Shown here: positions 1 to 15,000 of the stretch, piece after piece | Layout of the letters: each line of letters starts with the position of its first letter | Position numbering within the stretch: position 1 is the stretch's first letter | Origin: Dendrobates tinctorius | Taxonomy: Eukaryota | Direction: 5' to 3' | DNA: 64,000 bases | Assembly (NCBI RefSeq): GCF_039654945.1 | Contig: NW_027361824.1 | Coordinates: 12,772,001-12,836,000 of the forward strand | Made by a program: the position numbers and the translations under genes | Notes under the pieces: model-generated | What the model saw: only the letters and a program-made list of their open reading frames with translations | What the model was told of the DNA's origin: nothing | The model's database searches: none

Positions 1-3000
1 CTCCCTCCATCTCAGACACTGTGCTCCCCCTTGCTCCCCCCATCTCAGACACTGTGCTCCCCCTTGCTCCCTCCATCTCAGACACTGTGCTCCCCCTTGC
101 TCCCCTCCATCTCAGACACTGTGCTCCCTCCATCTCAGACACTGTGCTCCCCCTTGCTCCCTCCATCTCAGACACTGTGCTCCCCCTTGCTCCCCCCATC
201 TCAGACACTGTGCTCCCCCTTGCTCCCTCCATCTCAGACACTGTGCTCCCCCTTGCTCCCCCCATCTCAGACACTGTGCTCCCTCCATCTCAGACACTGT
301 GCTCCCCCTTGCTCCCTCCATCTCAGACACTGTGCTCCCCCTTGCTCCCCCCATCTCAGACACTGTGCTCCCCCTTGCTCCCTCCATCTCAGACACTGTG
401 CTCCCCTCCATCTCAGACACTGTGCTCCCCCTTGCTCCCTCCATCTCAGACACTGTGCTCCCCCTTGCTCCCCCCATCTCAGACACTGTGCTCCCCCTTG
501 CTCCCTCCATCTCAGACACTGTGCGCCCCCTTGCTCCCCTCCATCTCAGACACTGTGCTCCCCCTTGCTCCCCTCCATCTCACTGTGCTCCCCCTTGCTC
601 CCTCCATCTCAGACACTGTGCTCCCCCTTGCTCCCCCCCATCTCAGACACTGTGCTCCCCCTTGCTCCCCCCCATCTCAGACACTGTGCTCCCCCTTGCT
701 CCCCTCCATCTCAGACACTGTGCTCCCCCTTGCTCCCCTCCATCTCAGACACTGTGCCCCCCCTTGCACCCCCCCATCTCAGACACTGTGCTCCCCCTTG
801 CTCCCCCCCATCTCAGACACTGTGCTCCCCCTTGCTCCCCTCCATCTCAGACACTGTGCTCCCCCTTGCTCCCCTCCATCTCAGACACTGTGCTCCCCCT
901 TGCTCCCCCCCATCTCAGACACTGTGCTCCCCCCCATCTCAGACACTGTGCTCCCCCTTGCTCCCCTCCATCTCAGACACTGTGCTCCCCCTTGCTCCCC
1001 TCCATCTCAGACACTGTGCTCCCCTCCATCTCAGACACTGTGCTCCCCCATCTCAGACACTGTGCTCCCCCTTGCTCCCTCCATCTCAGACACTGCGCGC
1101 TCCCCTTGCTCCCCTCCATCTCAGACACTGTGCGCTCCCCTTGCTCCCCTCCATCTCAGACACTGTGCGCCCCCTTGCTCCCCCCATCTCAGACACTGTC
1201 ATCCCCCTTGATCCCTCCATCTCAGACACTGTGCTCCCCCTTGCTCCCCTCCATCTCAGACACTGTGCTCCCCCCCATCTCAGACACTGTGCTCCCCCTT
1301 GCTCCCTCCATCTCAGACACTGTGCTCCCCATCTCAGACACTGTGCTCCCCCTTGCTCCCCTCCATCTCAGACACTGTGCGCCCCCTTGCTCCCCTCCAT
1401 CTCAGACACTGTGCTCCCCCTTGCTCCCCTCCATCTCAGACACTGTGCTCCCCCTTGCTCCCCTCCATCTCAGACACTGTGCTCCCCCTTGCTCCCCATC
1501 TCAGACACTGTGCTCCCCCTTGCTCCCCTCCATCTCAGACACTGTGCCCCCCCTTGCTGCCCCCATCTCAGACACTGTGCCCCCCCCTTGCTCCCCTCCA
1601 TCTCAGACACTGTGCTCCCCATTGCTCCCTCCATCTCAGACACTGTGCGCCCCCTTGCTCCCCTCCATCTCAGACACTGTGCGCCCCCTTGCTCCCCTCC
1701 ATCTCAGACACTGTGCTCCCCCTTGCTCCCTCCATCTCAGACACTGTGCTCCCCCTTGCTCCCTCCATCTCAGACACTGTGCTCCCCCTTGCTCCCTCCA
1801 TCTCAGACACTGTGCTCCCCCCCATCTCAGACACTGTGCTCCCCCTTGCTCCCCCCATCTCAGACACTGTGCTCCCCCCCATCTCAGACACTGTGCTCCC
1901 CCTTGCTCCACCCCCATCTCAGACACTGTGCTCCCCCTTGCTCCCCCCCATCTCAGACACTGTGCTCCCCCTTGCTCCCTCCATCTCAGACACTGTGCTC
2001 CCCCTTGCTCCCCCCCATCTCAGACACTGTGCTCCCCCTTGCTCCCCCCATCTCAGACACTGTGCTCCCCCTTGCTCCCCCCCATCTCAGACACTGTGCT
2101 CCCCCTTGCTCCCTCCATCTCAGACACTGTGCTCCCCCCATCTCAGACACTGTGCTCCCCCTTGCTCCCCCCATCTCAGACACTGTGCTCCCCCCCATCT
2201 CAGACACTGTGCTCCCCCTTGCTCCACCCCCATCTCAGACACTGTGCTCCCCCTTGCTCCCCCCCATCTCAGACACTGTGCTCCCCCTTGCTCCCTCCAT
2301 CTCAGACACTGTGCGCCCCCTTGCTCCCTCCATCTCAGACACTGTGCTCCCCCTTGCTCCCCCCATCTCAGACACTGTGCTCCCCCTTGCCCCCCCCCAT
2401 CTCAGACACTGTGCTCCCCCTTGCTCCCTCCATCTCAGACACTGTGCTCCCCCTTGCTCCCCTCCATCTCAGACACTGTGCTCCCCCTTGCTCCCCCCAT
2501 CTCAGACACTGTGCTCCCCCTTGCTCCCCCCCATCTCAGACACTGTGCTCCCCCTTGCTCCCTCCATCTCAGACACTGTGCTCCCCCTTGCTCCCCCCAT
2601 CTCAGACACTGTGCTCCCCCTTGCTCCCTCCATCTCAGACACTGTGCTCCCCCTTGCTCCCTCCATCTCAGACACTGTGCTCCCCCTTGCTCCCCTCCAT
2701 CTCAGACACTGTGCTCCCCCTTGCTCCCTCCATCTCAGACACTGTGCTCCCCCTTGCTCCCCTCCATCTCAGACACTGTGCGCCCCCTTGCTCCCTCCAT
2801 CTCAGACACTGAGCTCCCCCTTGCTCCCATCTCAGACACTGTGCTCCCCCTTGCTCCCCCCCATCTCAGACACTGTGCTCCCCCTTGCTCCCTCCATCTC
2901 AGACACTGTGCTCCCCCTTGCTCCCCTCCATCTCAGACACTGTGCTCCCCCTTGCTCCCCCCATCTCAGACACTGTGCTCCCCCTTGCTCCCCCCATCTC

Positions 3001-6000
3001 AGACACTGTGCTCCCCCTTGCTCCCCCCCATCTCAGACACTGTGCTCCCCCTTGCTCCCTCCATCTCAGACACTGTGCTCCCCCTTGCTCCCCCCATCTC
3101 AGACACTGTGCTCCCCCTTGCTCCCTCCATCTCAGACACTGTGCTCCCCCTTGCTCCCTCCATCTCAGACACTGTGCTCCCCTCCATCTCAGACACTGTG
3201 CTCCCCCTTGCTCCCTCCATCTCAGACACTGTGCTCCCCCTTGCTCCCCTCCATCTCAGACACTGTGCTCCCCCTTGCTCCCCTCCATCTCAGACACTGT
3301 GCGCCCCCTTGCTCCCTCCATCTCAGACACTGTGCTCCCCCTTGCTCCCCTCCATCTCAGACACTGTGCTCCCCCTTGCTCCCCCCATCTCAGACACTGT
3401 GCTCCCTCCATCTCAGACACTGTGCTCCCCCTTGCTCCCTCCATCTCAGACACTGTGCTCCCCCTTGCTCCCCCCATCTCAGACACTGTGCTCCCCCTTG
3501 CTCCCTCCATCTCAGACACTGTGCTCCCCCTTGCTCCCCTCCATCTCAGACACTGTGCTCCCTCCATCTCAGACACTGTGCTCCCCCTTGCTCCCTCCAT
3601 CTCAGACACTGTGCTCCCCCTTGCTCCCCTCCATCTCAGACACTGTGCGCCCCCTTGCTCCCTCCATCTCAGACACTGTGCTCCCCCTTGCTCCCCTCCA
3701 TCTCAGACACTGTGCTCCCCCTTGCTCCCCCCATCTCAGACACTGTGCTCCCTCCATCTCAGACACTGTGCTCCCCCTTGCTCCCTCCATCTCAGACACT
3801 GTGCTCCCCCTTGCTCCCCTCCATCTCAGACACTGTGCTCCCCCTTGCTCCCTCCATCTCAGACACTGTGCTCCCCCTTGCTCCCCCCATCTCAGACACT
3901 GTGCTCCCTCCATCTCAGACACTGTGCTCCCCCTTGCTCCCTCCATCTCAGACACTGTGCTCCCCCCATCTCAGACACTGTGCTCCCCCTTGCTCCCCCC
4001 ATCTCAGACACTGTGCTCCCCCTTGCTCCCTCCATCTCAGACACTGTGCTCCCCCTTGCTCCCTCCATCTCAGACACTGTGCTCCCCCTTGCTCCCCCCC
4101 ATCTCAGACACTGTGCTCCCCCTTGCCCCCCCCCATCTCAGACACTGTGCTCCCCCTTGCCCCCCCCATCTCAGACACTGTGCTCCCCCTTGCTCCCCCC
4201 ATCTCAGACACTGTGCTCCCCCTTGCTCCCCCCCATCTCAGACACTGTGCTCCCCCTTGCTCCCTCCATCTCAGACACTGTGCTCCCCCCATCTCAGACA
4301 CTGTGCTCCCCCCCATCTCAGACACTGTGCTCCCCCTTGCTCCACCCCCATCTCAGACACTGTGCTCCCCCTTGCTCCCCCCATCTCAGACACTGTGCTC
4401 CCCCTTGCTCCCCCCATCTCAGACACTGTGCTCCCCCTTGCTCCCCTCCATCTCAGACACTGTGCGCCCCCTTGCTCCCCCCATCTCAGACACTGTGCTC
4501 CCCCTTGCTCCCCCCATCTCAGACACTGTGCTCCCCCTTGCTCCCCCCCATCTCAGACACTGTGCTCCCCCTTGCTCCCTCCATCTCAGACACTGTGCTC
4601 CCCCTTGCTCCCCCCATCTCAGACACTGTGCTCCCCCTTGCTCCCCCCCATCTCAGACACTGTGCGCCCCCTTGCTCCCCCCATCTCAGACACTGTGCTC
4701 CCCCTTGCTCCCCCCATCTCAGACACTGTGCTCCCCCTTGCTCCCCCCCATCTCAGACACTGTGCTCCCCCTTGCTCCCTCCATCTCAGACACTGTGCTC
4801 CCCCCATCTCAGACACTGTGCTCCCCCTTGCTCCCCCCATCTCAGACACTGTGCTCCCCCTTGCTCCACCCCCATCTCAGACACTGTGCGCCCCCTTGCT
4901 CCCCCCATCTCAGACACTGTGCTCCCCCTTGCTCCCCCCATCTCAGACACTGTGCTCCCCCTTGCTCCCCCCCATCTCAGACACTGTGCTCCCCCTTGCT
5001 CCCTCCATCTCAGACACTGTGCTCCCCCTTGCTCCCCCCATCTCAGACACTGTGCTCCCCCCCATCTCAGACACTGTGCTCCCCCTTGCTCCACCCCCAT
5101 CTCAGACACTGTGCTCCCCCTTGCTCCCCCCCATCTCAGACACTGTGCTCCCCCTTGCTCCCTCCATCTCAGACACTGTGCGCCCCCTTGCTCCCTCCAT
5201 CTCAGACACTGTGCTCCCCCTTGCTCCCCCCATCTCAGACACTGTGCTCCCCCTTGCTCCCCCCCATCTCAGACACTGTGCTCCCCCTTGCTCCCTCCAT
5301 CTCAGACACTGTGCTCCCCCTTGCTCCCCTCCATCTCAGACACTGTGCTCCCCCTTGCTCCCCCCATCTCAGACACTGTGCTCCCCCTTGCTCCCCCCAT
5401 CTCAGACACTGTGCTCCCCCTTGCTCCCCCCCATCTCAGACACTGTGCTCCCCCTTGCTCCCTCCATCTCAGACACTGTGCTCCCCCTTGCTCCCCCCAT
5501 CTCAGACACTGTGCTCCCCCTTGCTCCCTCCATCTCAGACACTGTGCTCCCCCTTGCTCCCTCCATCTCAGACACTGTGCTCCCCCTTGCTCCCCTCCAT
5601 CTCAGACACTGTGCTCCCCCTTGCTCCCTCCATCTCAGACACTGTGCTCCCCCTTGCTCCCCTCCATCTCAGACACTGTGCGCCCCCTTGCTCCCTCCAT
5701 CTCAGACACTGTGCTCCCCCTTGCTCCCCCCATCTCAGACACTGTGCTCCCCCTTGCTCCCCCCCATCTCAGACACTGTGCTCCCCCTTGCTCCCTCCAT
5801 CTCAGACACTGTGCTCCCCCTTGCTCCCCTCCATCTCAGACACTGTGCTCCCCCTTGCTCCCCCCATCTCAGACACTGTGCTCCCCCTTGCTCCCCCCAT
5901 CTCAGACACTGTGCTCCCCCTTGCTCCCCCCCATCTCAGACACTGTGCTCCCCCTTGCTCCCCCCATCTCAGACACTGTGCTCCCCCCCATCTCAGACAC

Positions 6001-9000
6001 TGTGCTCCCCCTTGCTCCACCCCCATCTCAGACACTGTGCTCCCCCTTGCTCCCCCCCATCTCAGACACTGTGCTCCCCCTTGCTCCCTCCATCTCAGAC
6101 ACTGTGCGCCCCCTTGCTCCCCCCCATCTCAGACACTGTGCTCCCCCTTGCTCCCCCCATCTCAGACACTGTGCTCCCCCTTGCTCCCCCCCATCTCAGA
6201 CACTGTGCTCCCCCTTGCTCCCTCCATCTCAGACACTGTGCTCCCCCCATCTCAGACACTGTGCTCCCCCTTGCTCCCCCCATCTCAGACACTGTGCTCC
6301 CCCCCATCTCAGACACTGTGCTCCCCCTTGCTCCACCCCCATCTCAGACACTGTGCTCCCCCTTGCTCCCCCCCATCTCAGACACTGTGCTCCCCCTTGC
6401 TCCCTCCATCTCAGACACTGTGCGCCCCCTTGCTCCCTCCATCTCAGACACTGTGCTCCCCCTTGCTCCCCCCATCTCAGACACTGTGCTCCCCCTTGCT
6501 CCCCCCCATCTCAGACACTGTGCTCCCCCTTGCTCCCTCCATCTCAGACACTGTGCTCCCCCTTGCTCCCCTCCATCTCAGACACTGTGCTCCCCCTTGC
6601 TCCCCCCATCTCAGACACTGTGCTCCCCCTTGCTCCCCCCATCTCAGACACTGTGCTCCCCCTTGCTCCCCCCCATCTCAGACACTGTGCTCCCCCTTGC
6701 TCCCTCCATCTCAGACACTGTGCTCCCCCTTGCTCCCCCCATCTCAGACACTGTGCTCCCCCTTGCTCCCTCCATCTCAGACACTGTGCTCCCCCTTGCT
6801 CCCTCCATCTCAGACACTGTGCTCCCCCTTGCTCCCCTCCATCTCAGACACTGTGCTCCCCCTTGCTCCCTCCATCTCAGACACTGTGCTCCCCCTTGCT
6901 CCCCTCCATCTCAGACACTGTGCGCCCCCTTGCTCCCTCCATCTCAGACACTGTGCTCCCCCTTGCTCCCCCCATCTCAGACACTGTGCTCCCCCTTGCT
7001 CCCCCCATCTCAGACACTGTGCTCCCCCTTGCTCCCCCCCATCTCAGACACTGTGCTCCCCCTTGCTCCCTCCATCTCAGACACTGTGCTCCCCCTTGCT
7101 CCCCTCCATCTCAGACACTGTGCTCCCCCTTGCTCCCCCCATCTCAGACACTGTGCTCCCCCTTGCTCCCCCCATCTCAGACACTGTGCTCCCCCTTGCT
7201 CCCCCCCATCTCAGACACTGTGCTCCCCCTTGCTCCCTCCATCTCAGACACTGTGCTCCCCCTTGCTCCCCCCATCTCAGACACTGTGCTCCCCCTTGCT
7301 CCCTCCATCTCAGACACTGTGCTCCCCTCCATCTCAGACACTGTGCTCCCCCTTGCTCCCTCCATCTCAGACACTGTGCTCCCCCTTGCTCCCCTCCATC
7401 TCAGACACTGTGCTCCCCCTTGCTCCCCTCCATCTCAGACACTGTGCTCCCCCTTGCTCCCCTCCATCTCAGACACTGTGCGCCCCCTTGCTCCCTCCAT
7501 CTCAGACACTGTGCGCCCCCTTGCTCCCTCCATCTCAGACACTGTGCTCCCCCTTGCTCCCCTCCATCTCAGACACTGTGCTCCCCCTTGCTCCCCCCAT
7601 CTCAGACACTGTGCTCCCTCCATCTCAGACACTGTGCTCCCCCTTGCTCCCTCCATCTCAGACACTGTGCTCCCCCTTGCTCCCCCCATCTCAGACACTG
7701 TGCTCCCCCTTGCTCCCTCCATCTCAGACACTGTGCTCCCCCTTGCTCCCCTCCATCTCAGACACTGTGCTCCCTCCATCTCAGACACTGTGCTCCCCCT
7801 TGCTCCCTCCATCTCAGACACTGTGCTCCCCCTTGCTCCCCCCATCTCAGACACTGTGCTCCCCCTTGCTCCCTCCATCTCAGACACTGTGCTCCCCCTT
7901 GCTCCCCCCATCTCAGACACTGTGCTCCCTCCATCTCAGACACTGTGCTCCCCCTTGCTCCCTCCATCTCAGACACTGTGCTCCCCCTTGCTCCCCCCAT
8001 CTCAGACACTGTGCTCCCCCTTGCTCCCTCCATCTCAGACACTGTGCGCCCCCTTGCTCCCCTCCATCTCAGACACTGTGCTCCCCCTTGCTCCCCTCCA
8101 TCTCACTGTGCTCCCCCTTGCTCCCTCCATCTCAGACACTGTGCTCCCCCTTGCTCCCCCCCATCTCAGACACTGTGCTCCCCCTTGCTCCCCCCCATCT
8201 CAGACACTGTGCTCCCCCTTGCTCCCCTCCATCTCAGACACTGTGCTCCCCCTTGCTCCCCTCCATCTCAGACACTGTGCCCCCCCTTGCACCCCCCCAT
8301 CTCAGACACTGTGCTCCCCCTTGCTCCCCCCCATCTCAGACACTGTGCTCCCCCTTGCTCCCCTCCATCTCAGACACTGTGCTCCCCCTTGCTCCCCTCC
8401 ATCTCAGACACTGTGCTCCCCCTTGCTCCCCCCCATCTCAGACACTGTGCTCCCCCCCATCTCAGACACTGTGCTCCCCCTTGCTCCCCTCCATCTCAGA
8501 CACTGTGCTCCCCCTTGCTCCCCTCCATCTCAGACACTGTGCTCCCCTCCATCTCAGACACTGTGCTCCCCCATCTCAGACACTGTGCTCCCCCTTGCTC
8601 CCTCCATCTCAGACACTGCGCGCTCCCCTTGCTCCCCTCCATCTCAGACACTGTGCGCCCCCTTGCTCCCCCCATCTCAGACACTGTCATCCCCCTTGAT
8701 CCCTCCATCTCAGACACTGTGCTCCCCCTTGCTCCCCTCCATCTCAGACACTGTGCTCCCCCCCATCTCAGACACTGTGCTCCCCCTTGCTCCCTCCATC
8801 TCAGACACTGTGCTCCCCATCTCAGACACTGTGCTCCCCCTTGCTCCCCTCCATCTCAGACACTGTGCGCCCCCTTGCTCCCCTCCATCTCAGACACTGT
8901 GCTCCCCCTTGCTCCCCTCCATCTCAGACACTGTGCTCCCCCTTGCTCCCCTCCATCTCAGACACTGTGCTCCCCCTTGCTCCCCATCTCAGACACTGTC

Positions 9001-12000
9001 CTCCCCCTTGCTCCCCTCCATCTCAGACACTGTGCCCCCCCTTGCTGCCCCCATCTCAGACACTGTGCCCCCCCCTTGCTCCCCTCCATCTCAGACACTG
9101 TGCTCCCCATTGCTCCCTCCATCTCAGACACTGTTCGCCCCCTTGCTCCCCTCCATCTCAGACACTGTGCGCCCCCTTGCTCCCCTCCATCTCAGACACT
9201 GTGCTCCCCCTTGCTCCCTCCATCTCAGACACTGTGCTCCCCCTTGCTCCCTCCATCTCAGACACTGTGCTCCCCCTTGCTCCCTCCATCTCAGACACTG
9301 TGCTCCCCCCATCTCAGACACTGTGCTCCCCCTTGCTCCCCCCATCTCAGACACTGTGCTCCCCCCCATCTCAGACACTGTGCTCCCTCTTGCTCCACCC
9401 CCATCTCAGACACTGTGCTCCCCCTTGCTCCCCCCCATCTCAGACACTGTGCTCCCCCTTGCTCCCTCCATCTCAGACACTGTGCGCCCCCTTGCTCCCC
9501 CCCATCTCAGACACTGTGCTCCCCCTTGCTCCCCCCATCTCAGACACTGTGCTCCCCCTTGCTCCCCCCCATCTCAGACACTGTGCTCCCCCTTGCTCCC
9601 TCCATCTCAGACACTGTGCTCCCCCCATCTCAGACACTGTGCTCCCCCTTGCTCCCCCCATCTCAGACACTGTGCTCCCCCCCATCTCAGACACTGTGCT
9701 CCCCCTTGCTCCACCCCCATCTCAGACACTGTGCTCCCCCTTGCTCCCCCCCATCTCAGACACTGTGCTCCCCCTTGCTCCCTCCATCTCAGACACTGTG
9801 CGCCCCCTTGCTCCCTCCATCTCAGACACTGTGCTCCCCCCATCTCAGACACTGTGCTCCCCCTTGCTCCCCCCCATCTCAGACACTGTGCTCCCCCTTG
9901 CTCCCTCCATCTCAGACACTGTGCTCCCCCTTGCTCCCCTCCATCTCAGACACTGTGCTCCCCCTTGCTCCCCCCATCTCAGACACTGTGCTCCCCCTTG
10001 CTCCCCCCATCTCAGACACTGTGCTCCCCCTTGCTCCCCCCCATCTCAGACACTGTGCTCCCCCTTGCTCCCTCCATCTCAGACACTGTGCTCCCCCTTG
10101 CTCCCCCCATCTCAGACACTGTGCTCCCCCTTGCTCCCTCCATCTCAGACACTGTGCTCCCCCTTGCTCCCTCCATCTCAGACACTGTGCTCCCCCTTGC
10201 TCCCCTCCATCTCAGACACTGTGCTCCCCCTTGCTCCCTCCATCTCAGACACTGTGCTCCCCCTTGCTCCCCTCCATCTCAGACACTGTGCGCCCCCTTG
10301 CTCCCTCCATCTCAGACACTGTGCTCCCCCTTGCTCCCCCCATCTCAGACACTGTGCTCCCCCTTGCTCCCCCCATCTCAGACACTGTGCTCCCCCTTGC
10401 TCCCTCCATCTCAGACACTGTGCTCCCCTTTGCTCCCCTCCATCTCAGACACTGTGCTCCCCCTTGCTCCCCCCATCTCAGACACTGTGCTCCCCCTTGC
10501 TCCCCCCATCTCAGACACTGTGCTCCCCCTTGCTCCCCCCCATCTCAGACACTGTGCTCCCCCTTGCTCCCTCCATCTCAGACACTGTGCTCCCCCTTGC
10601 TCCCCCCATCTCAGACACTGTGCTCCCCCTTGCTCCCTCCATCTCAGACACTGTGCTCCCCCTTGCTCCCTCCATCTCAGACACTGTGCTCCCCTCCATC
10701 TCAGACACTGAGCTCCCCCTTGCTCCCTCCATCTCAGACACTGTGCTCCCCCTTGCTCCCCTCCATCTCAGACACTGTGCTCCCCCTTGCTCCCCTCCAT
10801 CTCAGACACTGTGCGCCCCCTTGCTCCCTCCATCTCAGACACTGTGCTCCCCCTTGCTCCCCTCCATCTCAGACACTGTGCTCCCCCTTGCTCCCCCCAT
10901 CTCAGACACTGTGCTCCCTCCATCTCAGACACTGTGCTCCCCCTTGCTCCCTCCATCTCAGACACTGTGCTCCCCCTTGCTCCCCCCATCTCAGACACTG
11001 TGCTCCCCCTTGCTCCCTCCATCTCAGACACTGTGCTCCCCCTTGCTCCCCTCCATCTCAGACACTGTGCTCCCTCCATCTCAGACACTGTGCTCCCCCT
11101 TGCTCCCTCCATCTCAGACACTGTGCTCCCCCTTGCTCCCCTCCATCTCAGACACTGTGCGCCCCCTTGCTCCCTCCATCTCAGACACTGTGCTCCCCCT
11201 TGCTCCCCTCCATCTCAGACACTGTGCTCCCCCTTGCTCCCCCCATCTCAGACACTGTGCTCCCTCCATCTCAGACACTGTGCTCCCCCTTGCTCCCTCC
11301 ATCTCAGACACTGTGCTCCCCCTTGCTCCCCTCCATCTCAGACACTGTGCTCCCCCTTGCTCCCTCCATCTCAGACACTGTGCTCCCCCTTGCTCCCCCC
11401 ATCTCAGACACTGTGCTCCCTCCATCTCAGACACTGTGCTCCCCCTTGCTCCCTCCATCTCAGACACTGTGCTCCCCCTTGCTCCCCCCATCTCAGACAC
11501 TGTGCTCCCCCTTGCTCCCCCCATCTCAGACACTGTGCTCCCCCTTGCTCCCTCCATCTCAGACACTGTGCTCCCCCTTGCTCCCCCCCATCTCAGACAC
11601 TGTGCTCCCCCTTGCTCCCCCCCATCTCAGACACTGTGCTCCCCCTTGCCCCCCCCCATCTCAGACACTGTGCTCCCCCTTGCCCCCCCATCTCAGACAC
11701 TGTGCTCCCCCTTGCTCCCCCCATCTCAGACACTGTGCTCCCCCTTGCTCCCCCCCATCTCAGACACTGTGCTCCCCCTTGCTCCCTCCATCTCAGACAC
11801 TGTGCTCCCCCCATCTCAGACACTGTGCTCCCCCTTGCTCCCCCCATCTCAGACACTGTGCTCCCCCCCATCTCAGACACTGTGCTCCCCCTTGCTCCAC
11901 CCCCATCTCAGACACTGTGCTCCCCCTTGCTCCCCCCCATCTCAGACACTGTGCTCCCCCTTGCTCCCCCCATCTCAGACACTGTGCTCCCCCTTGCTCC

Positions 12001-15000
12001 CCCCCATCTCAGACACTGTGCTCCCCCTTGCTCCCCCCATCTCAGACACTGTGCTCCCCCTTGCTCCCTCCATCTCAGACACTGTGCTCCCCCCATCTCA
12101 GACACTGTGCTCCCCCTTGCTCCCCCCATCTCAGACACTGTGCTCCCCCTTGCTCCACCCCCATCTCAGACACTGTGCGCCCCCTTGCTCCCCCCCATCT
12201 CAGACACTGTGCTCCCCCTTGCTCCCCCCATCTCAGACACTGTGCTCCCCCTTGCTCCCCCCATCTCAGACACTGTGCTCCCCCTTGCTCCCTCCATCTC
12301 AGACACTGTGCTCCCCCCATCTCAGACACTGTGCTCCCCCTTGCTCCCCCCATCTCAGACACTGTGCTCCCCCCCATCTCAGACACTGTGCTCCCCCTTG
12401 CTCCACCCCCATCTCAGACACTGTGCTCCCCCTTGCTCCCCCCCATCTCAGACACTGTGCTCCCCCTTGCTCCCTCCATCTCAGACACTGTGCGCCCCCT
12501 TGCTCCCTCCATCTCAGACACTGTGCTCCCCCTTGCTCCCCCCATCTCAGACACTGTGCTCCCCCTTGCTCCCCCCCATCTCAGACACTGTGCTCCCCCT
12601 TGCTCCCTCCATCTCAGACACTGTGCTCCCCCTTGCTCCCCTCCATCTCAGACACTGTGCTCCCCCTTGCTCCCCCCATCTCAGACACTGTGCTCCCCCT
12701 TGCTCCCCCCATCTCAGACACTGTGCTCCCCCTTGCTCCCCCCCATCTCAGACACTGTGCTCCCCCTTGCTCCCTCCATCTCAGACACTGTGCTCCCCCT
12801 TGCTCCCCCCATCTCAGACACTGTGCTCCCCCTTGCTCCCTCCATCTCAGACACTGTGCTCCCCCTTGCTCCCTCCATCTCAGACACTGTGCTCCCCCTT
12901 GCTCCCCTCCATCTCAGACACTGTGCTCCCCCTTGCTCCCTCCATCTCAGACACTGTGCTCCCCCTTGCTCCCCTCCATCTCAGACACTGTGCGCCCCCT
13001 TGCTCCCTCCATCTCAGACACTGTGCTCCCCCTTGCTCCCCCCATCTCAGACACTGTGCTCCCCCTTGCTCCCCCCATCTCAGACACTGTGCTCCCCCTT
13101 GCTCCCTCCATCTCAGACACTGTGCTCCCCCTTGCTCCCCTCCATCTCAGACACTGTGCTCCCCCTTGCTCCCCCCATCTCAGACACTGTGCTCCCCCTT
13201 GCTCCCCCCATCTCAGACACTGTGCTCCCCCTTGCTCCCCCCCATCTCAGACACTGTGCTCCCCCTTGCTCCCTCCATCTCAGACACTGTGCTCCCCCTT
13301 GCTCCCCCCATCTCAGACACTGTGCTCCCCCTTGCTCCCTCCATCTCAGACACTGTGCTCCCCCTTGCTCCCTCCATCTCAGACACTGTGCTCCCCTCCA
13401 TCTCAGACACTGTGCTCCCCCTTGCTCCCTCCATCTCAGACACTGTGCTCCCCCTTGCTCCCCTCCATCTCAGACACTGTGCTCCCCCTTGCTCCCCTCC
13501 ATCTCAGACACTGTGCGCCCCCTTGCTCCCTCCATCTCAGACACTGTGCTCCCCCTTGCTCCCCTCCATCTCAGACACTGTGCTCCCCCTTGCTCCCCCC
13601 ATCTCAGACACTGTGCTCCCTCCATCTCAGACACTGTGCTCCCCCTTGCTCCCTCCATCTCAGACACTGTGCTCCCCCTTGCTCCCCCCATCTCAGACAC
13701 TGTGCTCCCCCTTGCTCCCTCCATCTCAGACACTGTGCTCCCCCTTGCTCCCCTCCATCTCAGACACTGTGCTCCCCCTTGCTCCCTCCATCTCAGACAC
13801 TGTGCTCCCCCTTGCTCCCCTCCATCTCAGACACTGTGCGCCCCCTTGCTCCCTCCATCTCAGACACTGTGCTCCCCCTTGCTCCCCTCCATCTCAGACA
13901 CTGTGCTCCCCCTTGCTCCCCCCATCTCAGACACTGTGCTCCCTCCATCTCAGACACTGTGCTCCCCCTTGCTCCCTCCATCTCAGACACTGTGCTCCCC
14001 CTTGCTCCCCTCCATCTCAGACACTGTGCTCCCCCTTGCTCCCTCCATCTCAGACACTGTGCTCCCCCTTGCTCCCCCCATCTCAGACACTGTGCTCCCT
14101 CCATCTCAGACACTGTGCTCCCCCTTGCTCCCTCCATCTCAGACACTGTGCTCTCCCTTGCTCCCCCTATCTCAGACACTGTGCTCCCCCTTGCTCCCCC
14201 CATCTCAGACACTGTGCTCCCCCTTGCTCCCCCCATCTCAGACACTGTGCTCCCTCCATCTCAGACACTGTGCTCCCCCTTGCTCCCCTCCATCTCAGAC
14301 ACTGTGCTCCCCCTTGCTCCCTCCATCTCAGACACTGTGCTCCCCCTTGCTCCCCTCCATCTCAGACACTGTGCTCCCCCTTGCTCCCTCCATCTCAGAC
14401 ACTGTGCTCCCTCCATCTCAGACACTGTGCTCCCCCTTGCTCCCTCCATCTCAGACACTGTGCTCCCCCTTGCTCCCCCCATCTCAGACACTGTGCTCCC
14501 TCCATCTCAGACACTGTGCTCCCCCTTGCTCCCTCCATCTCAGACACTGTGCTCCCCCTTGCTCCCCCCATCTCAGACACTGTGCTCCCCCTTGCTCCCC
14601 CCATCTCAGACACTGTGCTCCCCCTTGCTCCCCCCATCTCAGACACTGTGCTCCCTCCATCTCAGACACTGTGCTCCCCCTTGCTCCCCTCCATCTCAGA
14701 CACTGTGCTCCCCCTTGCTCCCTCCATCTCAGACACTGTGCTCCCCCTTGCTCCCCCCATCTCAGACACTGTGCTCCCCCTTGCTCCCCTCCATCTCAGA
14801 CACTGTGCTCCCCCTTGCTCCCTCCATCTCAGACACTGTGCTCCCCCTTGCTCCCCTCCATCTCAGACACTGTGCTCCCTCCATCTCAGACACTGTGCTC
14901 CCCCTTGCTCCCTCCATCTCAGACACTGTGCTCCCCCTTGCTCCCCCCATCTCAGACACTGTGCTCCCCCTTGCTCCCCCCATCTCAGACACTGTGCGCC

